Notes: generated by a model from the sequence alone, not told the origin. DNA of 62,975 nucleotides, filler included, from Stramenopiles sp. TOSAG23-6 (GCA_900128565.1; 13 parts of 13 records of this genome joined end to end with filler, not necessarily neighbours in it); one strand, 5' to 3'; positions 35,442-49,958 are shown, numbered from the whole stretch's first letter. Numbers and translations: made by a program.

Positions 35442-38400
35442 TTAGTGATTTTTCTCACTCTTACTCACACAACTTTTTGCTGGGCAAGATGAACTTTCTT
35501 CACTTACGTCTGTGCAAACTCCTCCATTTTCAGCAGAGAGTACAATTTGTCTAGTTCTCCACATCAAACCATGTGTTTTTTCATCTTTACTGTGACAAAA
35601 GCAATCAGACCAATTTGACCAAACACCAGGAATACAAGATCTTTTCTTTAACCAAAATTTTGTCGAAGGTGAACAACTTTCGCCAACTTTTACTTTAAGA
35701 TAAAGGTGACTTGGAACTTCTTTTGAAGATGCAGTTTTTTGTATTCTACAACGAATAACTTCTGATATTTGATTNCCTTCAACGCTGATAGGGACTCCTC
35801 GCATCTTCAGTATTCTAATATTCGCATCGCCTTCACCCCATGTGGATGATATTACTAATTTCCAAAGACGCCCGATATTATTTTTATCCAAAGGATACTC
35901 AATAGTTTTCTTCTCATCTTTCGAAAAATCTGGCAACTCGGCTTCTAAACTAGGTATTTTGCTCCACCATGTCGCAGATTCAGAGTCAGCAGCTTTAGAA
36001 TTACTTCTAGAAGCGAATAATTTTATATGTCTCGGTGCTCCATTGTCAGAATGTGGTGCAATTCTAATATGGGTGATATTAAAAGGTGTACCTAGATCCA
36101 ATACTATAAAATGATCAGGTTTCATATTTTTGTCTGCTGACCAATAACATTCATCGTCTCGAAGAATATTACTTGCCGGGCCAACACATAAACTTTCCCT
36201 GGTACAAGACTTTGCATCCTTGAATTTATTACAAGAAATATTTTCTGGTCCAAAACTTCCATTGTAACCTAATTTCCCCCGGCAAGAGAATGTATCCTCC
36301 ATCCAACTACATCCTCTTCTAGAAGAACGATACGTTGGCTTATCTGGAATAGAAGCGTATATATCAGGCAGCCATGAAGACGGATTTGCTTCAACAGAAA
36401 CACTTGTACAATTTACGGCGTTCTTGCCAGAACCAAAAGTAACCTTAGGTAGACACTTATGATCTAACATTTCAGCACTATCAAATATTTGAACCCTATC
36501 TAAAGATCCATTAAATTTCTCAATATTCTCTTCAGAGCCATGCGAGGAACTTCCCAATGTCAATAGTGGCTTATTCAATAATTCATCCTTATTCCAAATT
36601 CCTACAATATCGACTGTTTCACTTGCTGGCAATATATCGCCACATTGTTTGGTTCCTGCAGTATTTGATAGCATCCCATGCACGGCTTCGTGTCCAAATG
36701 AACACCCACGACATGTTTTGTTCTGTAAATAGGTTCCAATTGGACACCGAGAACATCTTTCTTCGATATTATAGTCAACAACTTCAAACAAATTTTTACT
36801 AAAGTCTTTATCTTCATTCGTTGGTTTGCATTGTGGATCAATGTTCCCATTGTCTAATTTACCAAAATATATTCTACAGGAGTGTGTCGTACTTTGGTGA
36901 ATATTATCATTCCGAAGAGATATATAAGTACAATATTTTAGATTTTGCCCTCCTCCGTATTTCATCTTATTATCTGCTGAGCGATTGATTTTGTCACATT
37001 CCTTTGCACACATTTCCAAGGAATATATTGAATTAGATTTCCCTATACATCTTTTGTCGTGTTCGGTTCCGAAACCACCACAAATCATGGTTTGTAATAT
37101 ACTTTCCTTTGAACAAGACCCAAACCCTTTTTTTTTGTTGAAGCAAAAATGAGAAGGATTTTTGTACACTCCTGTCGGGTGCATTTCATGTTTTTTTCCA
37201 TTAATATAAATAGATGCTCGAAGACTCTCAGGCTTTTTTTTCAATGAAGATACATATGCATCAACAAATTCAAGGGTTGTATCCAATTGAAAACTTCGCG
37301 ATGCTTCTTTCTTAATTGGTTTACTTATGGCAACAATGTCGTCTCTTTCACCCTGACAATTCGTTTTCCTGAAAACGATTCTACCGTCAACCAACATTCC
37401 TTTAGCCTTCACAGTATTTACCGTAATATCTTTTAAATAATTTGAGCCAAGAATATTCATTAATGAGTTAGGAGTGTGGTAAATTCGAATATCTTGTACA
37501 AGCCCTTTTAAAGTGCCTATGTTTGCTGCATGTGTACAACCACTTGAAGAATTCTCTTCTGGTGATGACCCAAACCAAATTTGACTTGTCGCCGGCGAAT
37601 ATTTCAGACTTGAGCCCCCACTGATACTCAAAGAAATTATTTCATTAGATAAAACGATAGCAGAACTATTCATACTGGATACAAAAACACGTAGCTGTCC
37701 ATTCTTTCGGGCAACACTAATATGTTGCCATTCACAGCACTTGATACGTGTCTTGACAATACTTGATGTGACTTCAGAACCTCCATCTGCGTAAACTAAG
37801 CGCAACCTTCCAACATTACATTCGACAGGATCGCAAGCAGTTGAAAGCAATTTTACGTATCTATTACATTTACCAGCAAGACCTTTATCTATGTAACGCA
37901 TAATTTCTACTGTATCGACTTCCGTATTGTTTTTTTTGTCTTGTAAAGTTAGCATGGGCATTTTTAACCAGAATGAAATTATCCAATTATCTACACCAAA
38001 ACCAAAATTGCCGCCATGAATATTCAATCTACCTATGCCAGTAAAGTGATAAGCCATAGCNNNNNNNNNNNNNNNNNNNNNNNNNNNNNNNNNNNNNNNN
38101 NNNNNNNNNNNNNNNNNNNNNNNNNNNNNNNNNNNNNNNNNNNNNNNNNNNNNNNNNNNNNNNNNNNNNNNNNNNNTTCCTTCCGTAAAGAATTGAAGAA
38201 CTACCTCGCTCGACTGAGTTGCACAGACCACGCAAAATAAGTCCAGGTGTTTCACGTGGGAATTCTCCATCTTTATAAAAAATTGAAAGACTATTACAAG
38301 ATTTGTGAAAGTTCTGGTGACCGCCCAAAAGAAATATACCACCATTACCTCCATAAGGTGTTACTGTGGCACTCAATCGAATACTACTGACTGAATTTGT

Positions 38401-38782
38401 GTTCAATTCTTTAAAATGTATTGGTTTGTAAACTTTTTCAGGAAATTCAAAAATAAGCTTGCCTATTGGAAAAGCTTTGGGGTTGAATGAATGTTTCACT
38501 GTTGAGCATTTTGATCCAAACGAATGCCCGAATATTGATATTTCGTCACCTTGGCTTGCTTCATGGGGTACCACAATATCGATTTTTGGTGCTTCATATG
38601 AAAATAACACGTCATTGCTGCTGCCTATGCAACCACTTTGATAAACTGCAACTTTTAGATTTTTCCCCATACCAGGTGGTACAATGCAACCGATAGTTCT
38701 TTCATCATAGTACTTTAAATCCTTGCATAACCGACCACCCACCGTTACATAGTTCAAAAAGTCCTCCACAAATACCCCTCTG
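35442..38782 (-). CDS. Large Cys-rich extracellular multidomain protein (IPT/TIG, LamG-like, PAN-like, discoidin-like, TSP1); 5' partial with an internal gap
   Basis: CIVPPGMGKNLKV (TIG), WIISFW..EWQHISV..DIRIY (LamG), FIVLDLG (discoidin-like) and WSNWSDC..RTR..AENGGVC (TSP1). The frame changes across the N gap at 38061-38176. Confidence 0.7.
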
Positions 38783-38913
38783 NNNNNNNNNNNNNNNNNN
38801 NNNNNNNNNNNNNNNNNNNNNNNNNNTTAATTAATTAANNNNNNNNNNNNNNNNNNNNNNNNNNNNNNNNNNNNNNNNNNNNAAAATTTTTGAAATATTT
38901 TTCCAAAATACAT

Positions 38914-41365
38914 ATACAGAACTCAATGGAACTTGTCATTGTGAAGCACCAGCAATACCTGACCCTATCACCGGGAATTGCGAGTGTATGAATGGTTCAA
39001 AAGCATCTGCAGAACATGGAAAAGGATGTGAGTGTATGTATGTTTTATTTTTTTTAATTGTTTAGCTAAATATTTTTTCATAGGAAATTTTGTACCTAAC
39101 AATTTTTTTTTTTTTTTTGGTAAAAAAATTTTGAAATATTTTTCCAAAATACAGATGTCGCGTTTTAATTGCGTCATTGGGTACTATGTACGGAAGACGC
39201 CTTTGTTCTGCAACTTCTTTGTCTTTCAGACACACACAACTGAGTTCGTCCTCAGGAAGAATCATGTATGTTTTTTTTTTTTTTTTTGTATGAATTTTTT
39301 TTCGTACGTAATTTTGTACCTAACAAATTTTCAAAAATTTTTTTCAAATATTTTTACAAAACACATTGGTGGTTTTTTAGCATGCAATCCTCCTCTTGTT
39401 CATCTGGATCTCTCGAATAATCGTATTGAATTTGGTGTCAAAGATATTATAACAGGTTTGAAGAACAACACACGACTCTTGGAACTAATGCTGAACAACA
39501 ATGGAGTCCGGGATAAAGATGCATTACATTTTATACCAGCACTTCATGTCAATAAAACACTACAAAACTTGGACTTGTTATCTAATCCAATTGATGAACA
39601 GACATATAAAACAATATCGTCTATGCTACAAAAACAACAAAACCAAAAGACGACTGACGTCTCAGCGACAATAATTAAAACTGACGCAACAGTCAAAATA
39701 GATCCGAAAGAGACAAAACAAGAAGAGAATAATGATAAAAATATGTCACGGCCAATTCAAAACAATGTTGAGCCAAATCTAAAAGAAGAAAGTCAAATAG
39801 AAATTATAGATATTCAGAAAAAAAATAAACATACGAAAAACAAAATTCAATCGAAAGTTATTACAAAAATAATACCTTCAAAAGTGCAGGTAGAACAATC
39901 TAGCAGAAGAAAGAAACTCATGTACGTTTTCATTATGAATTTCAATTTTTTTTTTTTTTTGGTTTTTTATAAAAATTTTGTACCTAACAAATTTTGAATT
40001 TAATTTTTTTTACAATACATGAAAAAAGCTAGAGCCTGGATGAAATTCCAGCAAGAAAGGCGCGAGATTTTAGCAAAAGAAAGAGTTGCCCTTGCAAATT
40101 CTCTTGCTTTAAGGGAATCTAAAGATACGGCAAACATGACTGAAAAGTTAGAAAATAGAAAAAATGTTACAAAAGTACAAAAAGTACAAAAATCGAAAAC
40201 TCTCAAAGCAACAGGGAAAACAGCAACAATAGCAAAGACAAAAACAGCAAAGACAAAAACAATATCAAAAGTGACCAAGGTAATAGAAAAAATAAGTGCA
40301 AAACCAATAAAACCAATGAAACTTATAAAACCAATAAAACCAAAAAAAACAAAAAAAGTGATACCAAAAACAAAAAAAGTAATACCAAAAGCAGAAAAAG
40401 TGACACTAAAAGCAGAAAAAGTGATACTAAAAGCAAATATTCCCGAAGAACCAAAGCTATTGTCACAGGACACACTTGATAGTCTCATATCTCCAATGTC
40501 GCATAATTTTCATCGTAAGAAAACTAATCCTAGAGAAGCACAAAATGTCAGAATACGTGAATATCTAAAAAATAGTGGTGCTCAAAAGTTCACTACTACT
40601 GCTGATTCAGAATCGATTAGGGTTAGGGTTACTACTGATTCAGAATTGGCCAAAGGGAATCCAGTAGTTGGTTCACCAATACGGATTCGTAATGCAAATG
40701 TTATGCCAAAATCAACAGGAAAATTTAGAGAAAAATTCAAACAGAAGTTCAAGCAAAATCAAACTAAACTACAAAATACATCAAATGAAAAACTTTTAAA
40801 TTCATCGCCAATTATCTGTAAAACATCAAAGTCAACGCCAAAAATAAAACCAACTACAATTGTTCCAAAATCAATTTGGACTTCATCTTTAGTTCCGGAA
40901 AGAACAGCCCCAATATCAAGTAATGCTACATCAAAAAATATCGCTGCTAACAAATCTCCTCGGAAATCACAAATATCAAAAACACCGACTGCAAAAACTG
41001 TAAAAACTGTACTTGAGCCTCGGTTCCGACCACACACATCTCATGAACACAAAGATATGAAAAAATATAGACCAGCAACATCAAAGGGAGGAACTAAACA
41101 AAATACTTTTACATATGCTGCTGAAATTGGTAAAGTGTTTGGTTGGGCAGAGAGAGCCAGTCGGAGAGACGAAAAGCAGCAAAAAAGAGCTGAAATTTAT
41201 GCTCTCAATGTTATTATGAGGGAATGGAGAGATCGCGAAATGGAGCAGTGGGCTGCAATGAAGGGTGAGGTATGGAATGTTGATTGGACTTGTCGTTTTT
41301 GTTGGAGTGGTAATGAATACTATGAAAAACGTTGTAATTTGTGTCAAAGCAAGAAACCAAATTAA
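38914..41365 (+). CDS. RNI-like LRR protein with a Lys-rich region and a C-terminal RanBP2-type zinc finger; 5' partial
   Basis: LVHLDLSNNRI, LQNLDLLSNPI and WTCRFC..N....RCNLC. Introns 39038-39154 (GT..AG), 39266-39366 and 39922-40020 (both GT..AT). Confidence 0.8.
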
Positions 41366-41573
41366 AATATAAATGAAAAACGTTGTAATTTGTGTCAAAG
41401 CAAGAAACCAAATTAAAATATAAAGGAATTTTTATATACTTAAATTTAAATCTTTTCTTCCCCACATAATCCCAACCACATAGATAAGAATCCATCAACC
41501 ATATACACAAGAATGTATCACTGTTTATCTAGGAAAAAATCATTAGTTCTTATATATTAGAGAAAGTGGATAT

Positions 41574-43553
41574 TTAAGGGCTTTCTGACAAACATTGTAA
41601 ATGTAGACTTTTTTGACCTGAGAAAAGTACTGCAACAACTGTTGCGTAATTGACAAGATCTGAGTTAATCGTATTCCCAGATTTAAGCAACAAATTAAAT
41701 ATACTTTTGCATTGAGATGTGTTCTCTTCAGATGATAAAATATTGAAAAAGTTCAAAGCATAAACAAATTCTGAAAAGGTTAATAGACCAGATTTGTCAT
41801 TATCTGCGATAGTCCAAAACTTATCTGGAGAAATATGCTTCAGTATTATTTTTTGTCTAATTAATTCTAATGTATCATTTGTACTCGCTGCTGCCTGGGC
41901 CTTTTTGTTTTCATGCGAGGCTTCCCACTTTGCTGCCTTTAGCATACTATGACAAATAAGACAATCACATACACCTGATTTATAAATTTTTGCCATTGTT
42001 GGATATTTTGCCATCAAATCTGCTAAAGTTGCTGTATGAGGTGCTAGGGTTGTTGGATTTGTGACCTTGTGCTCTGCATTAACTTCAATGGGGGTTGCCT
42101 TTTCTGTAGCCTATACTGTAGAAAAATATATTCAATTCGGTATTCATTAGATACAAAATTTGGTAAAAAACATTTTTGATTTCTGATGAAAACGTACTTT
42201 TTGTTGTATTTTAAAGTTTTTTTCTTTTGTGACGTTGTTTGAATCATTCGAATCATTAATTGTTGATATACTTTTGCGCTTTCTCCTTTGCAACGTTTCA
42301 TTTGCCTTAATCCTATAAGCCTTCCAATCATTCATTTTGTTTGAAAGATCTGCTTCAGCTATTTTCAACTTTTGCTTCAAAGTTTTAATTTCATTCAGTA
42401 AAATAGATTTTTCTTTCTCAAGAAACTCTTCGGAGTACTCTACATTTGCTTCAAGTATCATACGATCTTTGTAATATTCTTTAATGTCACCTTGATGATT
42501 TTGATTTAATTTAGCTTGCTTGTTAAGTATCTCCCGCCATTCATTCCTTAGAGATTCTTTCTTAGATTCGATCACTGATTTTGCTTTTCGAAAATCCTTT
42601 TTGAGTTTGAAACTTTCATTTTGAAGAATACGAAGCCGTGATTTTAATTCGTCCAAGAGTTGCCGACCCTGATCCTTTGCTTTTGTCTCTCGAACATTAA
42701 GTTCTTTCAATTTGGCTTTTAAATTTACTATTTCATCGCATACAAAAAAATCCATTCCTGGTAGAGTTTGATTAGTCTTATCTGTTGACTTTCTATGAAA
42801 AAATTGTCTTCCCGTTGTATCATCCACGCATTCTCTCCAATCGCTCTGCCAATCCTGATAAAGTTTCAAAATAAAAGACAAAACGCTGCATTTTTCCTTG
42901 TGAAGTTTCGAAATAGTTTTTTCATTCTCCAGCTCGGCTTTCTTGAGGGATTGGTTGGCTGCTTTTTCCTTATTCAACATTGATTTTATATTCACCTCTA
43001 TATCTTTATTTATCTTGATATCCTCTTGTTCAAGTTCTGATTCACGACTTTGCAACTTCATCTCTGTTTCCGAAATCATTTCTTTCAATTTGAAAACGTT
43101 AACTGTATCTTTAGAATATTTACAAATTAAGTCTATTGCACGCCTTGTGTCTTTACGATTAGTTTTGGCTTCAGCATCTCGTGCATCTAAATAATCTTGC
43201 AACTTAACTTTCTCACTCTTGGCATCTTTCTTATATTTTTCAATAGATAAATTATATTTATTACTTGTCGTCATATTGTATATTTCCCGTTTTAACTTCA
43301 AGACGTTAGCAGCTGCAAGGCTTACAACATTGCGGTGATTCATTTCCTTTTCTAGTTGTTCAAAAAGATTTTGTTCTTCAAGAATAACCTGCTTTTTGTC
43401 ACAAAGTTTTACTTCTTCGAGTTTAGATCTCTCTTTCTGTAAAATCAGTTCTCTTTCACTCGCCTTTTGTAATTCTGCTGAAAATTCAATTTTTAATTTA
43501 GTTTTGTAATCAGAATGTGTCGCATCAATTAAAGATTTATAGTGGTTCATAAT
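41574..43553 (-). CDS. Coiled-coil protein with a WW-like domain and an EF-hand; 5' partial
   Basis: DWRECVDDTTGRQFFHR and DNDKSGLLTFSEF. Removing intron 42111-42197 (GT..AG) joins two ORFs in frame. Confidence 0.75.
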
Positions 43554-43838
43554 ATGTATTTTGGAAAAATATTTCAAAAAAAATCTAAAAAAGTTTGTTA
43601 GGTACAAAATTTCGTACGAAAAANNNNNNNNNNNNNNNNNNNNNNNNNNNNNNNNNNNNNNNNNNNNTTAATTAATTAANNNNNNNNNNNNNNNNNNNNN
43701 NNNNNNNNNNNNNNNNNNNNNNNAAAAAAACAAAAAAAAAATTGTTAGGTACAATTTTTTTTTTTTTTTTTTTTCGTATAAAAAAAAAAAATAAAATTCG
43801 AAATTAAGAAAATTCTGTAAAAAAAAAAAAAAACGTAC

Positions 43839-46800
43839 AAACTCCAAGTTTTTGTACATCTTCTCGACATTTACCAAATAAATCACGACATTGACCACTT
43901 TTGCATTGTTGACCATTTCCACATTCTTCATTATTTGAATGACATGGAGAGCCATGAGGAATCGTACTGCATAACTTATCACGACAGGTTTGTCCTAGAC
44001 CACATGTTGTTTCTTTATTCATTGGACATTTTGATAATGTATCTGGAATAGCAACGCAATCACCACTTAAAATATCACATTTTTGTTCAGCGTCACAGTC
44101 CATATTTGACGTGCATTTACTTCGTTTTGTTATTAGTTTTATTTCTTCAAAATGACAAAGACGTAAACATCTTTTCTTTATACAAACGATTCCATGTATT
44201 TTGGAAAAATATTTCAAAAAAAAATTATGAAAAATTTGTTAGGTACAAAATTTCGTATGAAAAAAATTTGAAAAAAAAATTGAAAAAAAAAAATTGAAAA
44301 AAAAAAAAGACATACATTCCCTACACAGGATTTTTCATTCGTTGCACAACTTGCAGGTTTTTGACCAAATACTCCAAAGACAATCATACATTTTCCTTTT
44401 GTAGTACAATATTGACCAATTCCACAATCTTGATCACTAAAACATTTGGAACCTTGTGACATAAATATACATTTTGTATCAAAACATTTATGTTGATATG
44501 GACAGTCAAAAGAATGACTACATCTTATTTTGTTTTTTGTTCTTAATTTCATATTTCTTACATGTTCAATAGTTTCAGTCATTGCAGCATTACAATAAAA
44601 TCTCCGACACTTTCCAGCGAGACATGTTTGTCCTTCTCCACAGGAGTTAAATTGTCCATCTAAACCACAATAACTCAAAACTGGTCTATATTCACATATT
44701 CCAGTATCACTTTGTTTTGAAGCAACACATCGTTGACCATTTCCACAACCACTCAATTCTTCAGACCCACTCTTATTACTTAAACAAACTGAACCTTCCA
44801 AAATGTTTAAACATCTCCCAGCAGCACATCGTTGATTGGCTGTACAACCTAAATTATCAAAACATAATTTGCCTGAGGCTGGATAGAGAAAACCTTTAAT
44901 GAGTGGTTTTGTTTTTCCATAAATTGAAATACAATAATTATTTTGACATCTTTGTGAATATCCACAATCCTCTTCAATATTACATGGAGTGGAACTAAAT
45001 ACAAACATGCAGATGCCTAAAACACATCGGAATCCATTGCCACACTCATTCGAAGTATTACCATCTGTAGTCGTACATTTTTTATTCATAATATTTTTTG
45101 TATTTTTTGTATTTTCTTCAGTATTTTTTGTAGTATTTTTACTATTTTTAGTCGTATATACATCAATTGTTGAATAGAGATCCATACATTTACCTCTGTC
45201 ATGAATACCAATTGAATCTTCCACATACAATTTATTTTTTATTCTTGATACTAATGAAACTTCTACTTGATTTTTTGAATGTACTTTAGCTTTTGAATGT
45301 TCTAAACTTTGAAATCTATATGTATTTTGATCATCATTATTTTCCATGTCACAGACCTGTCCACTACCACAATCTTCATCATGAACACATGGAGCCCCTT
45401 CTGGAATACTTGGCATATGTGAGAATATTGTAGATAAACTAAGAGCAATTTCTCTTTCTACTACATTTCTTCTTTGAATTTTTATTGTAAAGAAATATTT
45501 TTTTTAATTTTTTAATTTTTTTTGGTTAGGTACAAAATTTCGTACGAAAACTAAAAAAAAAAATTAAAAAAAATTAAATTTTCAAAAAAAAAAAAAAACA
45601 TACTGAATCATCAAGTTCTTTTCCTTTCCCTGTTAGCAAAAGAATCATTCTTAACTCTTTATTAATTTTTATTAGCGACGTTTGTAAAATATTTAATTTT
45701 ACTTCATTTGCTTTGATTTCTGCAGTATTTGTACTACACTTTTTCAAATCTAATTCAGCTTGATGTATTTTGGAAAAATATTTCAAAAAAAATTCTAAAA
45801 AATTTGTTAGGAAAAAAAATTTTAATTTAAATTTTGAAATTTAAAAAAAAACATACATATCTTTGTTGTAATTGTGATAATAAAGCTGACACTTCTTCTA
45901 GACCATCATGAATGATTTTATCCTGCATTGGACCAATAATTTTTTCCATAAATTCATTTCGTTTGTTTGTGTTGACTTTTTGTTGTATTTCTAATACTCT
46001 GACTTTTTTATACTTTTTCAGTTTATTCAACCAAAATATTTCTGTTTTCACGGACAAATCATACGAATGTTCAGTCTTTTTCAATTGTTCTTGTAATTGT
46101 TGTTTTAAATTATTCATGAGACGATTAAAATTTGACTGATTTTGAGTATTTTTTAGAGTATTTTTTAGAGTATTTTTTTGAGTATTTTGTGGAAAACCAA
46201 TAGCTGAAAGACCAGCTTGAGTCATCATTACATTGGTTAAATTTTTGATTTTTTCTTTCAAATTATTGATTTCTTTTACAACATCTCTCGACGCAATTTT
46301 TGCTTTTTTATATTCACAATCTCCGATACAGATGTCATATTTTTGACGTTCTAATATAGAGCATGTATTGTGAAAAAATATTTTTTTTTTAAACTTTTTT
46401 TGTTAGGTACAAAATTTACTATGAAAAAAAAAATTACTTTTTTAAAAATTTTTTTTTTTTGAAAAAAATAATATATACATGTGGCTTCACAGGATCCCGG
46501 TACCACACGACGACCACCATGCCCGGTGGTGAATAATGCATGATTTTGGCTAGTACCATCAGGATTTTTTGTTGGGTTTGTTGGAATACGAAGGGAGCTA
46601 CCTAAAGCAATTGGAATTTTTTTTTTCATTGTTTCATTTTTTTTATTTTCTTCGTTTTTTTTCATTGTTTCGTTTTTTTTATTTTCAGTATTTTTTTTAT
46701 TTTTAGTATTTTTAGTATCAGAATTGACAGTTTTATCATGATTACCTTTATTATATTTCATATTATTTGTATTTTTTTTCATACCAAATTCTGTACCTAA

Positions 46801-47604
46801 CAAAGATTCATCTGTTTTTGATTGAACCATTCCAAATATTAATTTTTGAACATGTCTTGAATGATCAATACTCATAATATTTATGTTTTTGTCATGTATT
46901 TTTTCTTCACGGTTTTTAATTTTTTCATAATTAGTGGCAAAATACGGAGGACAGACACAATGGACGTCTTTATCACCTAATAGACATACACAAGTTGTAT
47001 TTTTATGTAATTTTAGGAAAATATTTGAAAAAAAAAATCAAATTTTTTGTTAGGTACAAAATTCACTACGAAAAGTTTTTTTGAAATATACAAAATTGAA
47101 ATATCAAAAACGTACATAGGATTGTACCATTTGGACGACTCTTTTCGTTACTGTGTGTAATCGTTCCCCCACTAGAGGATAACATGATTGATTCCTACTT
47201 TGAATGAAACAATCAAGCCCTTCAAAAAGAAGCGCTTCGACTCCACAAGAACGTAAAACAATTCTAGCAGAGAGTCTATCAAAGTATTCGTGTTTCACTG
47301 AGCCAGTGTTTTGTGTATGGGCTCTATCGGCTCTATGTTGTTCATCATTTGGATCTACATCTATTATTTGATGTCTCTCTTCTTCTTGAGCGTTTTGAGT
47401 TTCTTCCTGTATATACACGTCAACGTCTGATTCTAGATTGAATGGTTCTGATTGATCCACTGCCGATAGAGTTTGCGTGTTAGACGTCCTTTCTATTTTC
47501 CCCGCCAAACTGAAAGTACCGAAATTAGAGACACAGTCGCTCTGGAAAATGGCAACGTAAAACAGAACTGTATAGATAGACATGCGACGTGATTGACGTA
47601 TCAT
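43839..47604 (-). CDS. Secreted protein with a coiled coil and many short Cys-rich repeats; at least 6 exons, 3' partial
   Basis: Signal peptide and repeated C..D.DCG.GQ.C units. Removing introns 47005-47115, 46363-46478, 45763-45856, 45480-45603 and 44194-44315 links six ORF segments in frame. Confidence 0.75.
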
Positions 47605-47894
47605 TATGATACACTACTTGTGCTTGTTCTCGTGTGATGTATTGTATAAATGAAGGATATAATCCGGATGTTGGATGAAGAACTTTAGGAAAGGAGAACA
47701 ATAAAATAAAAATCTGATACAACACACTGGAACGAAAATTTGAAATTCAAAAAAAATGTCGCATCTTTCTCCATCCATCTTTGAAAAAAAAAAATCAGAT
47801 TTCGTGTAGTACACCAAAAATGAATAAATTATAAACAATTTCAAATTTATTCAAAAGATCAAAAACTCTCAATAAATAAATCAATTACAGTTTT

Positions 47895-48397
47895 TTACAG
47901 TTTTTCATTCATTTCTGGTACAGCTTTGAACAAATCAGCTACAAGACCATAATCTGCAACTTGAAAAATTGGTGCTTCAGGGTCTTTGTTAATGGCTACA
48001 ATGGTTTTCGAATCTTTCATACCTGCCAAATGCTGAATGGCACCTGAAATACCAGCTGCAATATACAAATCAGGAGCAACAACTTTACCAGTTTGACCTA
48101 CTTGCATATCATTAGGGACATATCCAGCATCAACAGCAGCTCTAGACGCTCCCATTGCTGCGTTAAGTTTTCCTGCCATGTCTTCCAACATTTTGAAATT
48201 CTCGCCTGATTTTAGACCTCGGCCACCTGATACAACGACGCGAGCTGCAGTGAGTTCAGGTCTATCACTTTTACTGACTTCGTCAGATAGCCACGTGGAG
48301 AGACCGACATCTGGGCTACTGGGGAGTGAAGCATCTTCTACAGTCGCACTACCACCCGTTAACTCAGCCTTCTCGAATGCTGTTCCACGGACTGTAC
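47895..48397 (-). CDS. ETFA: Electron transfer flavoprotein alpha subunit, last exon
   Basis: [32 protein letters not shown] and [15 protein letters not shown]. The preceding intron ends ..AAATAAAT at 48398. Confidence 0.97.
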
Positions 48398-48677
48398 ATT
48401 TATTTTAGAAAAATATTTCAAAAAAAAATCTAAAAAATTTGTTAGGTACGAAATTTCGTACGNNNNNNNNNNNNNNNNNNNNNNNNNNNNNNNNNNNNNN
48501 NNNNNNTTAATTAATTAANNNNNNNNNNNNNNNNNNNNNNNNNNNNNNNNNNNNNNNNNNNNCAATCGAAGAACGCAAAGCGATTAAAAGAAAAAAGAAA
48601 GCGGCTAAAAAAGCTAACGGAAACGGCGTAAAATCGAAGGACACTTAAAAATCTAAAAAAGGAAAACAGGTTTTGAA

Positions 48678-49887
48678 TTGAATTCAGGAATGGGTTGGGC
48701 AACAATTTGTTGGTTGGCTGAAAATGAACCTAACACTCTTACGCGGTATAATTCTTGTGGTACAATTGCAGATTTTCTCTCTCAACGTTTGTTGTTTTGT
48801 AATAGTGAAGATTCAACTAATTGTTCAACTAATTGTAGCAGTGTGAGAAGAAGTTTAAATATGGATGAAACGAATGCTCATAGTTTTGGTTTTTTTGACC
48901 TCACTAAAAGTACATGGGATGTACAAGCACTTGAAATAATGAAAGTTCCATCAGATTTTATTCCTAATGTTGTAGCAGCAGGTACAATTATTGGTACAGT
49001 TAACCCATCGAGTCCCATAGCTAAAAAATGGAAAATTGCTGCTTGTGCTCTGATGTGTCCAGTTGGTGATTCTGCTGCTAGTGTAGTTACTTTATTGAAG
49101 AAACCAAGTGACGCTGTTATCAATATAGGCACATCTGCACAGATTTCGCTGCTTTTACCTTCAACTGAATGTAGTGATAAAAAATCAATGGTTACTTTTG
49201 GTACAACTTTTACAACGAAAAATTCTGAACTTCGGCCTTTCCTCAAAAATGAAGTAATTGTAGTTGGTGCCTCTCTGAACGGTGGTAACGTGGTGGATCA
49301 AACTTTTCAAAATATACAAAACATTATAAAAGATGTCACTGAGAATATAATAGAAAAAACTCAAATTTGTAGGATTTTAAATGAAAGTGCCATAAAAATA
49401 TTTGAAAAAAGTCAAATAATTGACAAAACAAATCATTCCAACGCTAACCCTAGTAACTCACATTTGATGTGTAATCCTATATTTTATGGTGAAAGATCAA
49501 ATATTTGGGGTACCGGGAGCATTACTGGAATAAACAGTTTAAATTTTAATATAGGAGAAATCTTTAAAGCAACAGTCATGGGTTTGCTTCAAAACCTTTC
49601 TTCCTTTGTTGATTGTTCGTATGTTTTCATTATTTCAAATTTATTTTTTTTCTTTGAAAATTAATTATTAACTTATTTCAAATGTAACATATTTCCAAAA
49701 ATACATGTTACTTGCGAACATTACACATTTACAATGTGTAGGCGGTGCTTTTGCAAAGAATCAGGCATTAAGAGCAGCAGTGTCCCATGTATTTCCTGGT
49801 GTGAAGACAACATTTGTTTCAAAATATCATCAAGTGGAAGCTGCTGCTGGTGCTGCGGTGTTATCGCAGCAGAGTTATCTTGGATAG
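48678..49887 (+). CDS. SHPK: Sedoheptulokinase-like FGGY kinase; 5' partial
   Basis: GWATICWL, GTIADF, GDSAASV, NIGTSAQ, ASLNGGNV and P.FYGER. Intron at 49619-49706 (GT..AT). Confidence 0.8.
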
Positions 49888-49958
49888 ATTTTGGATACAA
49901 ATTTCGATACAATAATAAGCTTGAAATAAAAATCAGAGATTAAGAGAACTTTAATTCC

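Noticed and set aside
48563-48660. Second copy of the Myb gene 3' end upstream of SHPK
   Set aside because: It sits at a contig end and copies ~51935-52033 of the same contig with a 1-nt deletion; most likely an amplification or assembly chimera.
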